DNA from: Yuukianura sp. NJ FZ-2021
Lineage: Eukaryota
Reading direction: 5' to 3'
DNA: 64,000 nt
Assembly (NCBI GenBank): GCA_046563655.1
Contig: CM102288.1
Coordinates: 2,790,001-2,854,000, forward strand
Shown here: positions 51,301-64,000 of the stretch, in pieces
How the letters are laid out: each line of letters starts with the position of its first letter
Numbering within the stretch: position 1 is the first letter of the stretch
Made by a program: the position numbers and the translations under genes
The notes under the pieces: generated by a model
Databases searched by the model: none
Told to the model about the DNA's origin: nothing
What the model saw: only the letters and a program-made list of their open reading frames with translations

Positions 51301-54300
51301 TTTGAGTACAGTTGACAATCGCTGGAAACTTGCGGGATCGATTCCTCAGAGTGCTGCCGACAGGAGAGAAACAAAGTACGCACTTCAGTACACGACGCAC
51401 GCGTTCAATGAAAAACTTCCAGCAGTTTTCGCGAGTATCTTCGTGCCCATGCTGTTTGACCTCTGACCGCATGCTGGAAATGATGTTCTCCACTTCATCG
51501 TCTGGCAAGATGTCAGGAATTTCTCCACTGGCCAACAAGTCGTTGATCAAGACCAAAAACTTTTCGTCTCCCACTTGTGCATCCGTCATCTATGTCAAAA
51601 TAAATACCATTTTGTTTCAAATTTTTCCGAAATTTCAATTTCCGAAATTTTGAACAAATTTTGTATTACTTCCTTACCAAGTACATTGTACCCAAGTTTT
51701 TCTGACCCGCTTTCAGATACAACAGGCCCAGGTCAGTTTTGAGATCATTGACCCCGTAACCTTTCCGCAGTGCCGTTTGGAAAACGTCCAGTCCTGACAA
51801 ATACGCAGAGAGTCGAGCCAAGCTCTGTTTTCCTAAAAAATTTTTCAAAAATACAGTTTTTAGTCAAAATTCGTCTAACAATGTAAGTAACTGACGAATT
51901 TTTTTTTACCTGAACCACCAACACCAACAAGCAGAGCATTTCCCCGGGGAGACTCAATGATTCGGCTAATTTGCAGAACATATCGGACAGCATCATCGAA
52001 CAGGACGAGATTCATGATTGAGTTGAAGTCGTTGTAAGATTTGAGAGCATCCACAAGCAGCGTCTGAATTGAATTGAAGTTCGTAATTGGCATGTACTTG
52101 GGCTCTCCTAGGCCATTGGCAAAGTGAGAGTACAGTAGAGGTTTGGCCATAACTGCCGTCTCCTCAACTTCCTGGAAAACGGAATTGGGAATTTCAAAAA
52201 TTAGATTTTCAAAAAAAAAAAAAAAACTAAAACAAACTACTCAAGCCTTTAGAACTGCAACGACTTTGTGTCAAAAAGCTTCGTAGTTTAAAATGCGTGT
52301 TCTAAACCAGGCACTTGACAGTGTGATTTTTAAAGCATTTTTTAAATCTGCTGTGCGCTGTGCGGAGTGTTTGTGGTCATGCGCGTAGGAAAAGATACCC
52401 ACTGATGATGTAGTTAGGTCAGCAAATATCTCGTAGTGAAGACGAGCATTTCTCTTAAGCTGTTCAAAGTTTCAAAAGACCAACTCCAAAGTCATGTTAA
52501 GAGTTGTAACTCCAAGTTTTCAACAAATTTTGAAACATGAAACTCCTTTAGTTCTAAAAATTTCAGTTTTTTAGAAACTGAACGACATTTGTACGTACCT
52601 CAAACCCTTTTTTGACACAGTCCAGAATAATTTTTGAAAAAGTGTGTTGGTCCGTTTCGTCTATGAGTTTGTCATTGTAGACTCGCGTGGCTTCATGCAT
52701 CCACAAACGAACCAAGTCCACTGGATGTTGCAGACATTCAAAAGTACTGAACATCAAACCCTACAATTCCAAAAAATGTTTTCCCATAGTCCACTTTTTC
52801 CAAATTTTAAACTTTTTAAACACTAACCTGAAAAATGTTAGAGAGATCTCTCAGGTTGAAGATGTAGTGGAACTTGACTGCCGTCTAAAACAAAAAAAAG
52901 TAAAAATTTCCTCATTCTTCTAGACGTTTCTCTACAGATAACAGCGACACATTGGCGCATTTAGACAAAGAAATAGTTTTTTAGGTTAACTTTTTCTAAA
53001 AAGTTTTTTGTTTACCGGAAGAAAGCTGGAAGCGACTCGTTGATGAAGTTGGAGTGCAGCGTAGATGATGCTGGGCACCAGTCTTTGTACTGCCGACGGA
53101 AACTTGTGAACTTGACTAGCAAGATGCTGCTGGAGAATGGTCTGATAAATGGTCTGGAGCGCCTCTCCTCCAGGAAATCCCACAGCAAACACAGCAAAGT
53201 GGCGCTGGAGACGCGGATTGATCGTGAAACTGCCAGCGGTTGGATTCATGCAGGCGACGTACTGCACTTTGTTGATTTCCTTCAGCGTTATTTTGATTCG
53301 GTCGTACCAATGGTTGTAGTCAATGTGCTGACGAATTAGAGTGTGTGGTTGCACAGTTCCCTAGTTTTCAAAATTTCGCAAAAGTTAACTTTTTTTTTTC
53401 AAATTTTTGAAAATTGAAATCACTACTTACATATTCATCGACCATGGGCATGTTCATGTCGTCAATGAAGTAAATGAGACGCTTGTTCCCTTGTGGACCG
53501 TAGTTTCGTCCGGCCTTCTTCTCCAGCGGTTTCTCCAGAATGCGTTGCAACATTTCTAAAAAAAAAATGCAAAAAAAATATTCAAACTTTTGAAAACTGT
53601 AGCAGAATTTAAAAATACCGGAAGTTGTGTAGAAATTGAACGGAACGTTGGTTACAGCAAACGTGTCTGGCAGAGCTGCCAGTTTGGCTCCAACCAGTGC
53701 CGTTTTTCCCGATCCGGCAGTACCGACTAACAAATAAATGTTGATTAATTAAATTAATTAAAATGTTGATTAATTATATTAATTAAGTGCATACTTAATT
53801 AATCAGCCAGTACTTACCAAGCATCACTGGTTTCTGTTTGGCCATGAGCAAATCCATAAAATATTTCACTCGTGTCGTTTCAGCAGTGTGAACCATTGCA
53901 GCCTAAAACATGGTTTTTGAAAAAATGTAAAGAAAATTTTGAAAAAAAAATGTAGAATTTTGTGAAATTCAATTCAAAATTCGAAATTCTAGTTCGGCAT
54001 GTGGAAGATTTTCTTACTTGAAGTGGCATCTCAGGGTCAAGTTCAAAATGTGGAACAATGTCAGCCCATGGCAGAAACTCTTTCGTTTCTTGGTCAATGT
54101 AGAACTGAAAAAAATCAAAGGATTTTTTGATTTTGTTTCGAATTTTACTCTTTTTTTTTAAACTTACGTCAAAGACGGTTCCACCAGTGGGAAATTTGAC
54201 AAACTTGAACTCGTTGGTCCACCATTTCGAAAAATCGAGTCGATGATCCAGTTGTTGATCTTGGTAAGTGGCTGAACCGTAGGCCCAAATGCAAGCGAAT

Positions 54301-57300
54301 ACAAAATAGATTTCGTACCACTCTTTGGGAGAGTCGTATGGAATTGACTCTGGAGTGATGATACAGTCAAGTAGGTTGCACAGAAGTTCAATGTTGGCAA
54401 TTTCCGAAAGCGGAGTGATTTTCTTGAAGCGATTCTTGCTGATTTCAATCAACGTCGGAATGTATTTTTCAAACAAAACCATCAAGTGCCCCTTTTCAAC
54501 TGAGTTCTCACGCTTGTCAATCCAGCTTGTCACGTATCTAAAAAACAACAGAAAATTGAACTCTTGAATTTTGAATTTTTTGAATTTTTGAAATACTTAC
54601 GGACTCCAACCCAAATCTTGTGGATTCAGATACAAAATTCCAGCGCGGGAAACTGTTGCTGGAGTGGCCACTCGTAGAGTGTATATTTCGAAAATCAGTC
54701 GCATCATTTTAGTCAGAGCAATTCGTTCGTTACTGGCCAAAGTCAGAACTTTGTTGTCGTCCATGACAGTATTGAGTGATTCGATCCACATGGGGTCAAT
54801 GTCACCGTCCAGAATGATCCACTTGGGTCCATCTCCGGTCAAGTTGGCCTGATCTCTCATCAGGACGGACAGAATTCCTGAAAAGACGTTCAAAAGCTTG
54901 GAAATTTTAAAATTATTTCCATATATTGAATTTTTTTTTTCAAAAATTTACCGTCTTTCCATTCTCGTGTCGCCGGATTAATGATACCAAAGAGTTCGTC
55001 GTTTGAGATGGCCTTGGGGTTCAGGTCATTGTAGTACGGTTTGTGCTTAAGATTTTGGTGTGTACGGTACAATCCACGCCAAACTTGAGATTTTCCGGTT
55101 CCAGCGTTTCCGAGAATAAAGATGGAGTGACGCACGTCAATAATTTCTTGAAGTTGAACCACTTTGAGCACGTAGTTGTCCTCCGGTTGCAACTTGAGTT
55201 GAATCGCTGCAATTTTAATCGCTTTTTCAAAGTCCAGGTCACGCTTTCGCGGCACGTCTAGAGCTGGAAACAAGTCTCCGATGAGCCCCATGAACACTGG
55301 AGTGTCATCTGTCACGATCTTGGGCAGATTGAAGTCACGAAGGGCTCGCATCAGAACTTGATCTTCCGGGCGGTCAGGGTCACTTCGCTGTTTTTGAAAT
55401 AAAATTTTAAGAAAAAGAACAATTTTAACAGAAGTTTCAAAATTCATTTCATGAGAATTCTAACCTTGAGCGATCCAGCAACAACCAAGACGGATTTGAT
55501 GGCTCTGAAAACAAAGGAATTTCAAAATTCAATGTCAAAATTTCAAAAATTAAAAATTAGATAAACATGAATTTTTTTTTGTGTTTTACCGAAGACCCCA
55601 ATCGTAGTGATCTTGTTTGCTAAGCAGTTCTTTACACAAAGTGTACAAAGTCAAAAACTTTCGAGCCAGAATTCTCGCATCTTGAAATCCTTCAGCGACC
55701 AACATGATTTCAGCGATCAACTCGAAATCCGGAACCACCATTGCACAAGGTCGAAACAGCGCTTTCAAATTTTCAGGCAATTCTGAAAAAAGACGAAGAA
55801 AAAGTTGTAATTTTGAAAACTCAGTTTTTAAACTCCGCAGTTTTACCTGTTCGTCCAGCATAACCCGGATTCATCGTAATGAACATTCCAACAGTCGGAC
55901 TATAAAACAAAACCAAAGTCAAAATTTAGGAAACTCAAACCTACTATTAATATTTTTTCAAACGTCTTACACTAGTTTCACTTCTTCTCCCATGAAGTTG
56001 AACATTTTCTTCTTGTCACGGATGGCATCCTAAACAATTTTTCAAAAAGTTGAAACACAATCTCTCGAATCACATGAATTGTGAACTAAAAAAAATTGAA
56101 AAATCTTACAAGAATGGATTTGACTTGCACTGCCACAACAGACAACACTTCTACTGAAATCCGGTTGAATTCGTCAAAACAGCCCCATCTTGGAATCAAA
56201 GATTTATAATTCATTTTGTGTAAACTTTTCAAAATTTCAATTCCTTGCGGAGTGCTGACTTACGCTCCGGTCTGCGCAAGTCCCTTGTAGATGTTGCCAA
56301 TTGAGCGGTAGTCCATTTGTTCTGAACAATTGAACACGTATACCATCATGCCCATTGCTCGGCCCAAGTCCTTCGTCGTCTCTGTCTTTCCAGTTCCGGC
56401 GGGACCTATTCAAAAAAATACTGTTTTCAAATTTTGGAACTTTTTTAGATTATTAAAAACAGAAAATGACTCACCAGCAGGAGCTCCGCCAAGAATCAAA
56501 TGCAGTGACTACACAGAAAAAGCGTTTGAAATTAGAAGAAGCGAATGCAAAGGCAAAATTCCCAAAAAAATTTTGAGATTTACCTGTGTTAGAGTGATGT
56601 AGCACCTATCGGTAAGGGGTGTGATGACAAGACGTGGAGTATTGCCCAAGTATTCATACCAGTACTTGAACTGAGCATCGCAAATGTTGACGAAACAGTC
56701 AGCACTCACTTCGTCCCACCGATGACGAAGTTGACACTGCCACTGGAACGATTGTGCAGTTTCGATTTTCATTTGAATCAGTTTCTGGACAACGTCACGA
56801 GAGTGGACATCGATTGTACAAATTGTCATGATTTTCTGTCTTTCCTGAGATGTCAACTGGCCCAACAGCATTGTAATCAAAGCACTCAGTTGAGCAACCT
56901 AAAAAAACATGATTTTTCAAAAAAATTCAAAGAATTTTGCAATTTTTTGGGAAAGTAGTTGACTTGTTTTCGAAAGTAGTCCTTGAGTGCATTTTCATAG
57001 CCTTCCTCCAGTTTCCCGAAAGCCACGCCCACTTCAGCGCTCCAGAAAATTTGAGTTCCTAAAAAGTATCAAAAATTCGTCAGGATCCACAGGATTTCGC
57101 AATTTTCCTGGCAATTTGAGGCTTCTTGAATAGTTTGCTTAGGAATTACCACAAAGTGCACTTTGAGCCGGGTAGTCTTGGATCCACTGATCTCTCGGCT
57201 TGTCGTCATAGGTAGCCACGCCCTTGTCAAAGTAGTGACGCACAGTGGCCTTCATGGCATCTTCCAATCGGTTCAACCAAACCTCAACTGGGCCAGTACA

Positions 57301-60300
57301 GTCACAGTGTTCTTTCAGCAGCACCGCTTCTCCATCTTTGGCTCGCATTCCCTTGGCTGTTTTACTTCCTTCACTTGTAAAGTCCAATTTGGCCATGGCA
57401 TCAAACAGTTTGGACAAGTGACGAGCCACAATGGCAGGTTCATTGCCATTAGACAGGATGTCCAGAAGATCCACGGAGGAGACAAAGTAGAAACGTGGGA
57501 ATGCCAGTCGCTTTGTCTCCAAGTAGTCTGCTAAAGCCTTTTCACAAACTGCCAATTCTTTCTGGAGACGCTCCAGTTCACTCAAAACTCCCGCTTGGTT
57601 TGTAGCTTCGATCACGTTCTTGGTCTTGTACAAAGTCTCCAGTACTTTCTAAAAAAAATTGTAAAATGTTCAAAATTGTGAAAAATTCATGGATTGGTTG
57701 AAATCTCTTTGTGAAATTTGTACCTTGAAATCGGTGTCAATCTTGTCGAATCTTGCTGAATCCTGCGGCAGATTCTTTCTGATGTCTTCGGAAGCGATGA
57801 AAATTGACTCCAAATGAGACCATGATCGCTGCACTTCGTTGAGTGCAGAGAGTACTTGATCTGCCAGAAACAAGCGATTCTGCCAGTACTCCACTTCTTC
57901 TTTGAAGAAGCCAATGTACTTGGACATTGCGATGTTCTGCAGTTGGACTTGATTGTCTTCCAGAATTTCAATGAGTTCTTCTGATGCTTTGATGAGGTTA
58001 ATTTGTGTTCTCGGGTGAACTTCAAATTCATACTCTTGCTGAGACCAAGTTGAGTCCAATTCTTTGAGAGTCTTCTCCATTGAGTTCTCCTTGACTGACT
58101 TGTCAACGATGTTCTTAACGTCTTCTTCAAAATTGTGCAAGTTCAGAGCCAGAAGATCAGCCAAAGTCGTTTTCTCATCCATCACAAATTTCACCTGAAA
58201 ATATCAAAAAAAAAATTATTTTCAAAATTTCAAGCAAATCTTCAAAGCTCATATATCTCCTATCCTAATCTAAAACTAAATTTTTGCCTACAACCATCAT
58301 CATACAATCTGACATCGGAAGCGGGTATACAGAGAAAAACTTACGATCAATTTCTTCATCAAACGTGGAAAAATCTTTTTTTTTTCCAAACGTAGCACAA
58401 GTGTCACACAAGAAATGTTAAAAAAACTTTTCAAATTTGTAGCTTTCATTAAGTTAAGTTTTGGAAGATATTTTGCTCCTGTTTGCTTTATTTTGCTGAG
58501 AGAAAAAACAGGAGCAAAATTTGCGAAAAATTGAACTGTACGTCGTATACCTTTGTGGCTTGCATGAGTTCCATCCAATGGCGTTCGCGAATCGCTGGAT
58601 TTTGTAACTCCGTGACTGATTTGAGCGACGAAATCATGTTGCGAATTGTGGCTTCCACCGAGGTGTAAATGTCCCACACTTTGCAGTCTTTGTCCATCGC
58701 TTTCAAGTCTTTGGCCATTCGCTTGCACTCCAAGTCCATGTTGTCCACATTGATGTTCTTCCAGGGAGACTTTTTCCACTCGTCAATTAAGGAGTCCACC
58801 ATGTAGATGTAGTCCCAAATTACTTTGGCAAGTCTCAGCTCCTTTCGACACTGACGCAGAGCCTTTGGTTCAGGAACGTGCACTTCAAACAGCGCTGCTG
58901 CCTCACAAATCTGCAGGTACTCCTCTTCGTACCGCCGAATTCCAACGTTCGTGCTGTCCATCGACTTGTACGGGAAGGAACAATTGGCACTGCAACAAAA
59001 AGTTTTCACAATTTAAAAAACTCAAAAATTAAAAATTTTGAAATGTTTAGGCTTTGAAAAGTTACAAGAGGAAATCGTTTTTTCTGAACATCTCGCGGAA
59101 GGATTGCTGCCGAGCGTCAAAGTCTGAAATGTTTTTGCGAATTTTGGAAACTTCTTGAGCCACAAGGGGAGCCACTTGGTGTCTAATTTGTTGTGCCAAT
59201 TTCTTGGTAGCTTCCCACTTTTTCGGAAGTTCTTCGAGTTGAATGAAAACTTGTTCGGGCATTTCGTAGTCGTAGGACTTGAGGAGTTCAATGTACTCTT
59301 TGATTGGTTCAAACATGTTGTCAGTCTTGTACTGTCGGTCCTTCATCTGCTGAAGGTAGCCCATCACGGAAATCAGCGTCCTCAAGTCCCCTTCACGCAG
59401 GGTCTGAGTCATTCCCTTCTCAGCTTCTTGAATAAACGCTTCCAGGTCAGACAGGCTACAAGAAAAACAGCGGTAAAATCTCAACGAATAAGAAGCTAAG
59501 CTACTCCGACCAATCAAAAACCGTCTTTGCACTTACCCGCCAATGACACTGTCAATCATATACTGTTTGAACATCAAACTCCATTTCTTGGTTAGATTCA
59601 GCAGGGCTTGTCGAAATGGTCGCATATTGAGGCGGAGCCACTTGTCAAACACGGCTTCGTGCTCAAACTTTTCAACTTCCAAGTAAATATTTTCAAACTT
59701 GTCAATCTATTGGTATAAATTGAGAAAAGTTTTCACAAGAATTACAATTTTTGGAAATTATGAAGTAAAACACTTACGGCTTCTTTAAATTGTTCCAGCC
59801 GCGGTGTAGAGTTAGGTGGTTCGACTCCGCTTGACTTTGCCTCCAGTTCCTCGGCTGTTAGAGCGTGTCCATACTTGAGAAACTGTTCCAAGTAATCCTG
59901 TCGATCTTCCTCCCAGAGATAAGTGTAAGGTTCAAACCGAATGGCATATTCGTAGGCTTGGTTCAAAGCGGCTTGCACGCGCTCGTCAATGTCAGCTCGC
60001 ATGTCACTCAGGTCGTCGTTTCCTTCCATCTCTTCCTAAAAACAACCACAAAAAGCATACTTTAATTATTCTCAAGAACTCGAATGTATTGGGGAAAAAT
60101 GGTAATGTGCTTACGACATAGTCCCGTCCAGAATTCGGTTTGACGCGATCAATGAGTGCTGCTTGGTGCAGAATGTCGTGCATGATGCCTTCAATAACGT
60201 TCAGAAAACTTGAGGGCTGGGTGAAGTCCAGTGCAGGCTCAAAGCTGATCTCAGTTTCCTGCAACTCCATTGTCACTTCCATGAGCGGTGATGGTGTGAG

Positions 60301-63300
60301 CGTTGGATCAGTGTGATCAACGAAAAAGCCGAAACTATAAGCGATTCACAAAAAAATTAATATAAACCTAATGATCAGCTGATCAGTCACAGCTGATAAT
60401 TCAGCGAGCTGTCAGCTGACCACAGTTGATCAACAAGTGAGCGACGAGGTGATCAGTTAGTTGATAACATAGTAGCAAAGCAGGTAATCAGTTATCGGTT
60501 ACCTGACTGCGATCGTTTTGATAAGACCTTCAACAATGAACGTGTCCAAGTAGCCCAAGTACTCTTTCCAAGCGTTAGTTTCATCTTCTGGTGTCGCTGT
60601 TTTGTCGAACAGCAGCTCGTGATTCTTGGCAATGATGTCTTTGATTTTTTCCGAAACGTCTTTGATTTCCTTGTATCTTTTCTCCTTCCGTTCCCTGGCG
60701 ACTCCGTCCAAACAGAGGAGCTGATCCTTCTTACCATCAATACGCTCAAACAGAGGCAAAGTCACCCAGCCTGCTACCAACTTCTTCAGTTCCTTCACGT
60801 TGTCCTGCGAACTTCTCAGTTTAGTTTCCAAGTCTTTCAGTGGTCCTTTGAGCTTCTGAATGAAAGTCCAGATATCTAAAAACAAAATTCAATTTTAAAA
60901 TTGCAATGTTCATAATTCGACATCCAGCTGTCCGAAGTGTATTCGCTGAAAATAAAGTTTAGGTCATTCATACTGTTATGGTCGTTCCACTGAAGCTTAG
61001 TTTCTCCTTGTTTCAAAATGTCATCGATAACTCCAATATTGTGTTCCAGTAATGCCGATTCGAAATTGTTGGCGGTTCGATTCAATTTGTTGTAACAGCG
61101 AGCGATTTGATCCAAATGGACCAAGTTCCGGTAAATTGTGTCCCGGTTTTCCATGATGGCGGCTGCGGAGCTAGGAATATCTGGATAGTCATTCTGCTTC
61201 ATGAACTTTGTGTCTTTCAGGACCATTGCCAACTGAAAATGAAATATTTGTTAAAATTCTCAACAAAAAAAATACAAATTTTCAAAAATTTTCAACATTT
61301 GGATTTTAGAAAAGTTGTAGTAGTTGCTTAGTGGACTTACTTCAACACTAAAGTTGATGATGATACTGGACGAGTCTTCACGTCGAACAATATTTTCTTG
61401 CAAGTAGTCACCAGCTTCTCGGTCCATCTTAGCTTTCCAGTCAGCATTTGTATCGTCCTTGTACTTGGTAAGTATTCCAGCCAACTCATCATACTTCTTG
61501 AGCATCCGCTGAGCATCGTCTGACTCCTGAATTGGCAATTCTAGAAACTTGAACTGCTCCACTTCCTCTGTTGCTCGTTCTAGCATTCCTGCTAGCCAGC
61601 TGATCGAAGCGGAGTGTGGTGGCATCAAATTGTTCGTCATCGCGCGATCCTCAACGTCCACGTCAAAGATTTGCTCATCGAAAAGTAACTATTGACAAAA
61701 AAGGAATATAATACAAATAATTTATATAATACATAATATAATACAAATAAACTTAAAAAAACTTACCTTGATGTGATCCAAATCATCTTCGATTAGCTTC
61801 ACGTACATCGGATACTTGGTGTCAAAGTCAGCCTTGATCGATGGACGGTCCACGATGCTTCCAAGTACGAGTAGTAGTTTGTAGCATGACTCAGGCGTGT
61901 GACAGTCCTCCATGGCATCACAAAGAATCGTGGTCAGTCTTTGGTCCAAATCGGTCACTTTGGCGGCCATCTTCGCCTTGTCCAAGTCGTAAGTGTCATC
62001 TTCTGGATCGGTACAGTCGTAGGGAAGACCGGCGTACTTCTGGTAGAACGTCATGTAGTCCTCGTACATGTCCACGATCTTGGTAGTTAGTAGTCGACCT
62101 TTTGAGCCGCCAATGTCACATCGCTCCAACTTGTAAATCTCGGCCGAAACGTCAAAGAAATCCTAAATAACAAACTCATTAGTTAGTTAAGCATGATTAA
62201 TTTGCGAATTAAGCTCAGCATCAGCATGTCAAGCGTTGTATAACCAAAACTTACCCTCATCTGCTTGACTCTTGCTAAAAACTTGTCGTATCGCTTGAAC
62301 ACTAGATGTGGCAGGAAGTCCCAGTTCTTGGGATCGCTTGTTTCTGGAAAGTATACTGGAAGATACTCGCGACAACCATCGTACAGTTCCCGGAAGTACT
62401 CGAGTGTTTTCACTGCAATGTCAGCTCTAATAAGTCCTTCTTCTGGATCCATCTGGAAAATGGCACTCCCGCCGAGATAGTTCCGGGTTTGCTCGATTAG
62501 GAGATTCGCAATTTCTTGGAGCAGTACAATAATCCTGGCGGCAGAACAGTAGTACTTGGAGTGGCCCCAGATGAGACAAACGCAGTGCATCATCGGTCTA
62601 AGAAGGTGTTCGATGTCTTCATAAACAGCACCGGAGACAAGGTCGAGATGCTGGGAAACAAAAAATCAGCTAATTACAAAACTTTAAAAAAGAAAACTTT
62701 GGTTTTTCATCATTACCTTCTTGAATGGTTTCAAGTGAACTAGAATGTCCTGTGCTTCTGCCAGTGAAGCGACAACATTCCGAAACATTGTTTTGAATGA
62801 AGGCCAGTACGTGGATCCAGTCTTCTCTAGGATGATGGCCATTTTTCTTATTCGCTCTTCGTTGAGCTGATCGTAGATACACTGGAGATCTTGGACGCGG
62901 TCTTCCCAGAAGGCCAGTTCGGCAAACGGAGTTGGAAAGCCTGTCTGAAGAGCCTTTGAGGAATCCTGTTTGAGCACTTCGTTGATATGCTGGCTCCATT
63001 TGATAACGAGGCTTTCAATCTGTGTCTTCAGTTGCAAGTCAACATCACTCGGTTCACTAAAATGACAAAACCTTAACATTAGTAACAAACTTTAGCAAGT
63101 TTAGCAATAAGACTGTATGTACTGTTACCCTTCTGTCACACGTTGTTCGTTTTCTTCAATGACATCCAATGACAGTGGTATCGGAAGAAGTGTCTTGCCT
63201 TTCAGCTGACCTTGGACACTATACAGAACTCCGCATATTTCTTGAGTGTGGTGTTTCACATCAGTCACTACAGTCTCCGGCCAGTTGTTTTGATTCAACT

Positions 63301-63857
63301 CTGCATTAATTACTGGACTCGCCACCTATAAAAATGAAATGGATTAGTTATACGTCAACGGTACGAAGTCATGTACTTCCAAGTATTCTTACATTTTCCA
63401 CAAACGTGACCAAGTGCTCGAGTGGATTTGGAGCCAAGTCACCATGGAGAATGACGTTCCTGAAGGCTGGATCGTGTTTGATAAAGACTGTTGGTTCCTT
63501 CTTGATAAAGAAGCACGACTTGCTCTTGGGGTTCGGTGGATACCCGGTTGATGGAACCAGTAATCCTCCCTGATTGATGTTCATCACAAGCATCTATGAC
63601 ATGAAACAAAAACGATTTACATCAGCTGATTGACCTTTGACATGTACCCAATAACAAAACCTTAGAAAGCAAACGCTTACCATGTTCTCATCCTTGTCAA
63701 AGAAGTCATGGACGACGACTCGAAACTCCTCAGTGGTGTACATCTTCTGCCACTTGTCCATCTTCATCTTGAGGGCCCTCGTACAGTGGTCAAAAATGAA
63801 GTCCAGACGTGGGTCTGCCCCTTGCTCATATGCCCCACCGCCTTCTTTCACACCCAT
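45359..63857 (-). CDS. Axonemal outer-arm dynein heavy chain, beta type (Dhc93AB / DNAH9-11-17-like), full length, >50 introns
   Basis: Start [20 protein letters not shown]. Linker [16 protein letters not shown], then [21 protein letters not shown]-loops GPAGTGKT (AAA1), GNAGTGKS (AAA2), GTAGSGKT (AAA3) and GVGGSGKQS (AAA4). [36 protein letters not shown] and the C-terminus [13 protein letters not shown] are beta-type signatures. All inspected introns are GT-AG and in phase. Confidence 0.95.
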
Positions 63858-64000
63858 CTTCGTCCGTCAATCAATCAACGGGTCAATACAGCTGAAAAGT
63901 GATAAAAAGGTACACGATTACGTAATTAATCAATTAACAAATGAAGTTGCGTCAAGGTGCGTGCGGAGAGATTCAAACTGGCAACTACGAAGAACGGAGA

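Noticed and set aside
63976..63986. CTGGCAAC RFX X-box half site upstream of the ciliary dynein
   Set aside because: Only one half matches, and the promoter probably extends beyond the window.

Overview
Intron-rich eukaryotic DNA from a compact-genome animal. The protein content and roughly 60-90 nt GT-AG introns point to an arthropod; a springtail-like hexapod is only a guess. Seven complete protein-coding genes can be assembled by hand: SH3BP5/parcas-like Rab11 GEF (+), a PS2/inflated-type integrin alpha (-), mitofusin/Marf (-), a YciI-family small protein with an intronless CDS and bacterial appearance (+), Cullin-2 (-), RacGAP1/tumbleweed (+) and a full-length axonemal outer-arm beta-type dynein heavy chain (-). 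Probable first exons of a further minus-strand gene run off the left edge. Five non-autonomous DNA transposons are visible: two hAT elements with 8-bp target-site duplications, a Tc1/mariner-type hairpin MITE, a long-TIR MITE, and an AT-rich element nested in one hAT. The most notable observations are: the possibly horizontally acquired, possibly mitochondria-targeted YciI gene head-to-head with mitofusin; a 78-nt integrin cassette exon matching Drosophila PS2 exon 8; a ~300-aa Gly/Ser/Thr insertion in the integrin leg plus an exon-like segment that could bypass it or truncate the protein; and strong enrichment of AGGTCAAAGGTCA (DR1) motifs in both orientations. No CRISPR array, tRNA or rRNA was seen. 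Exon boundaries were read by eye and may be off by a few bases.
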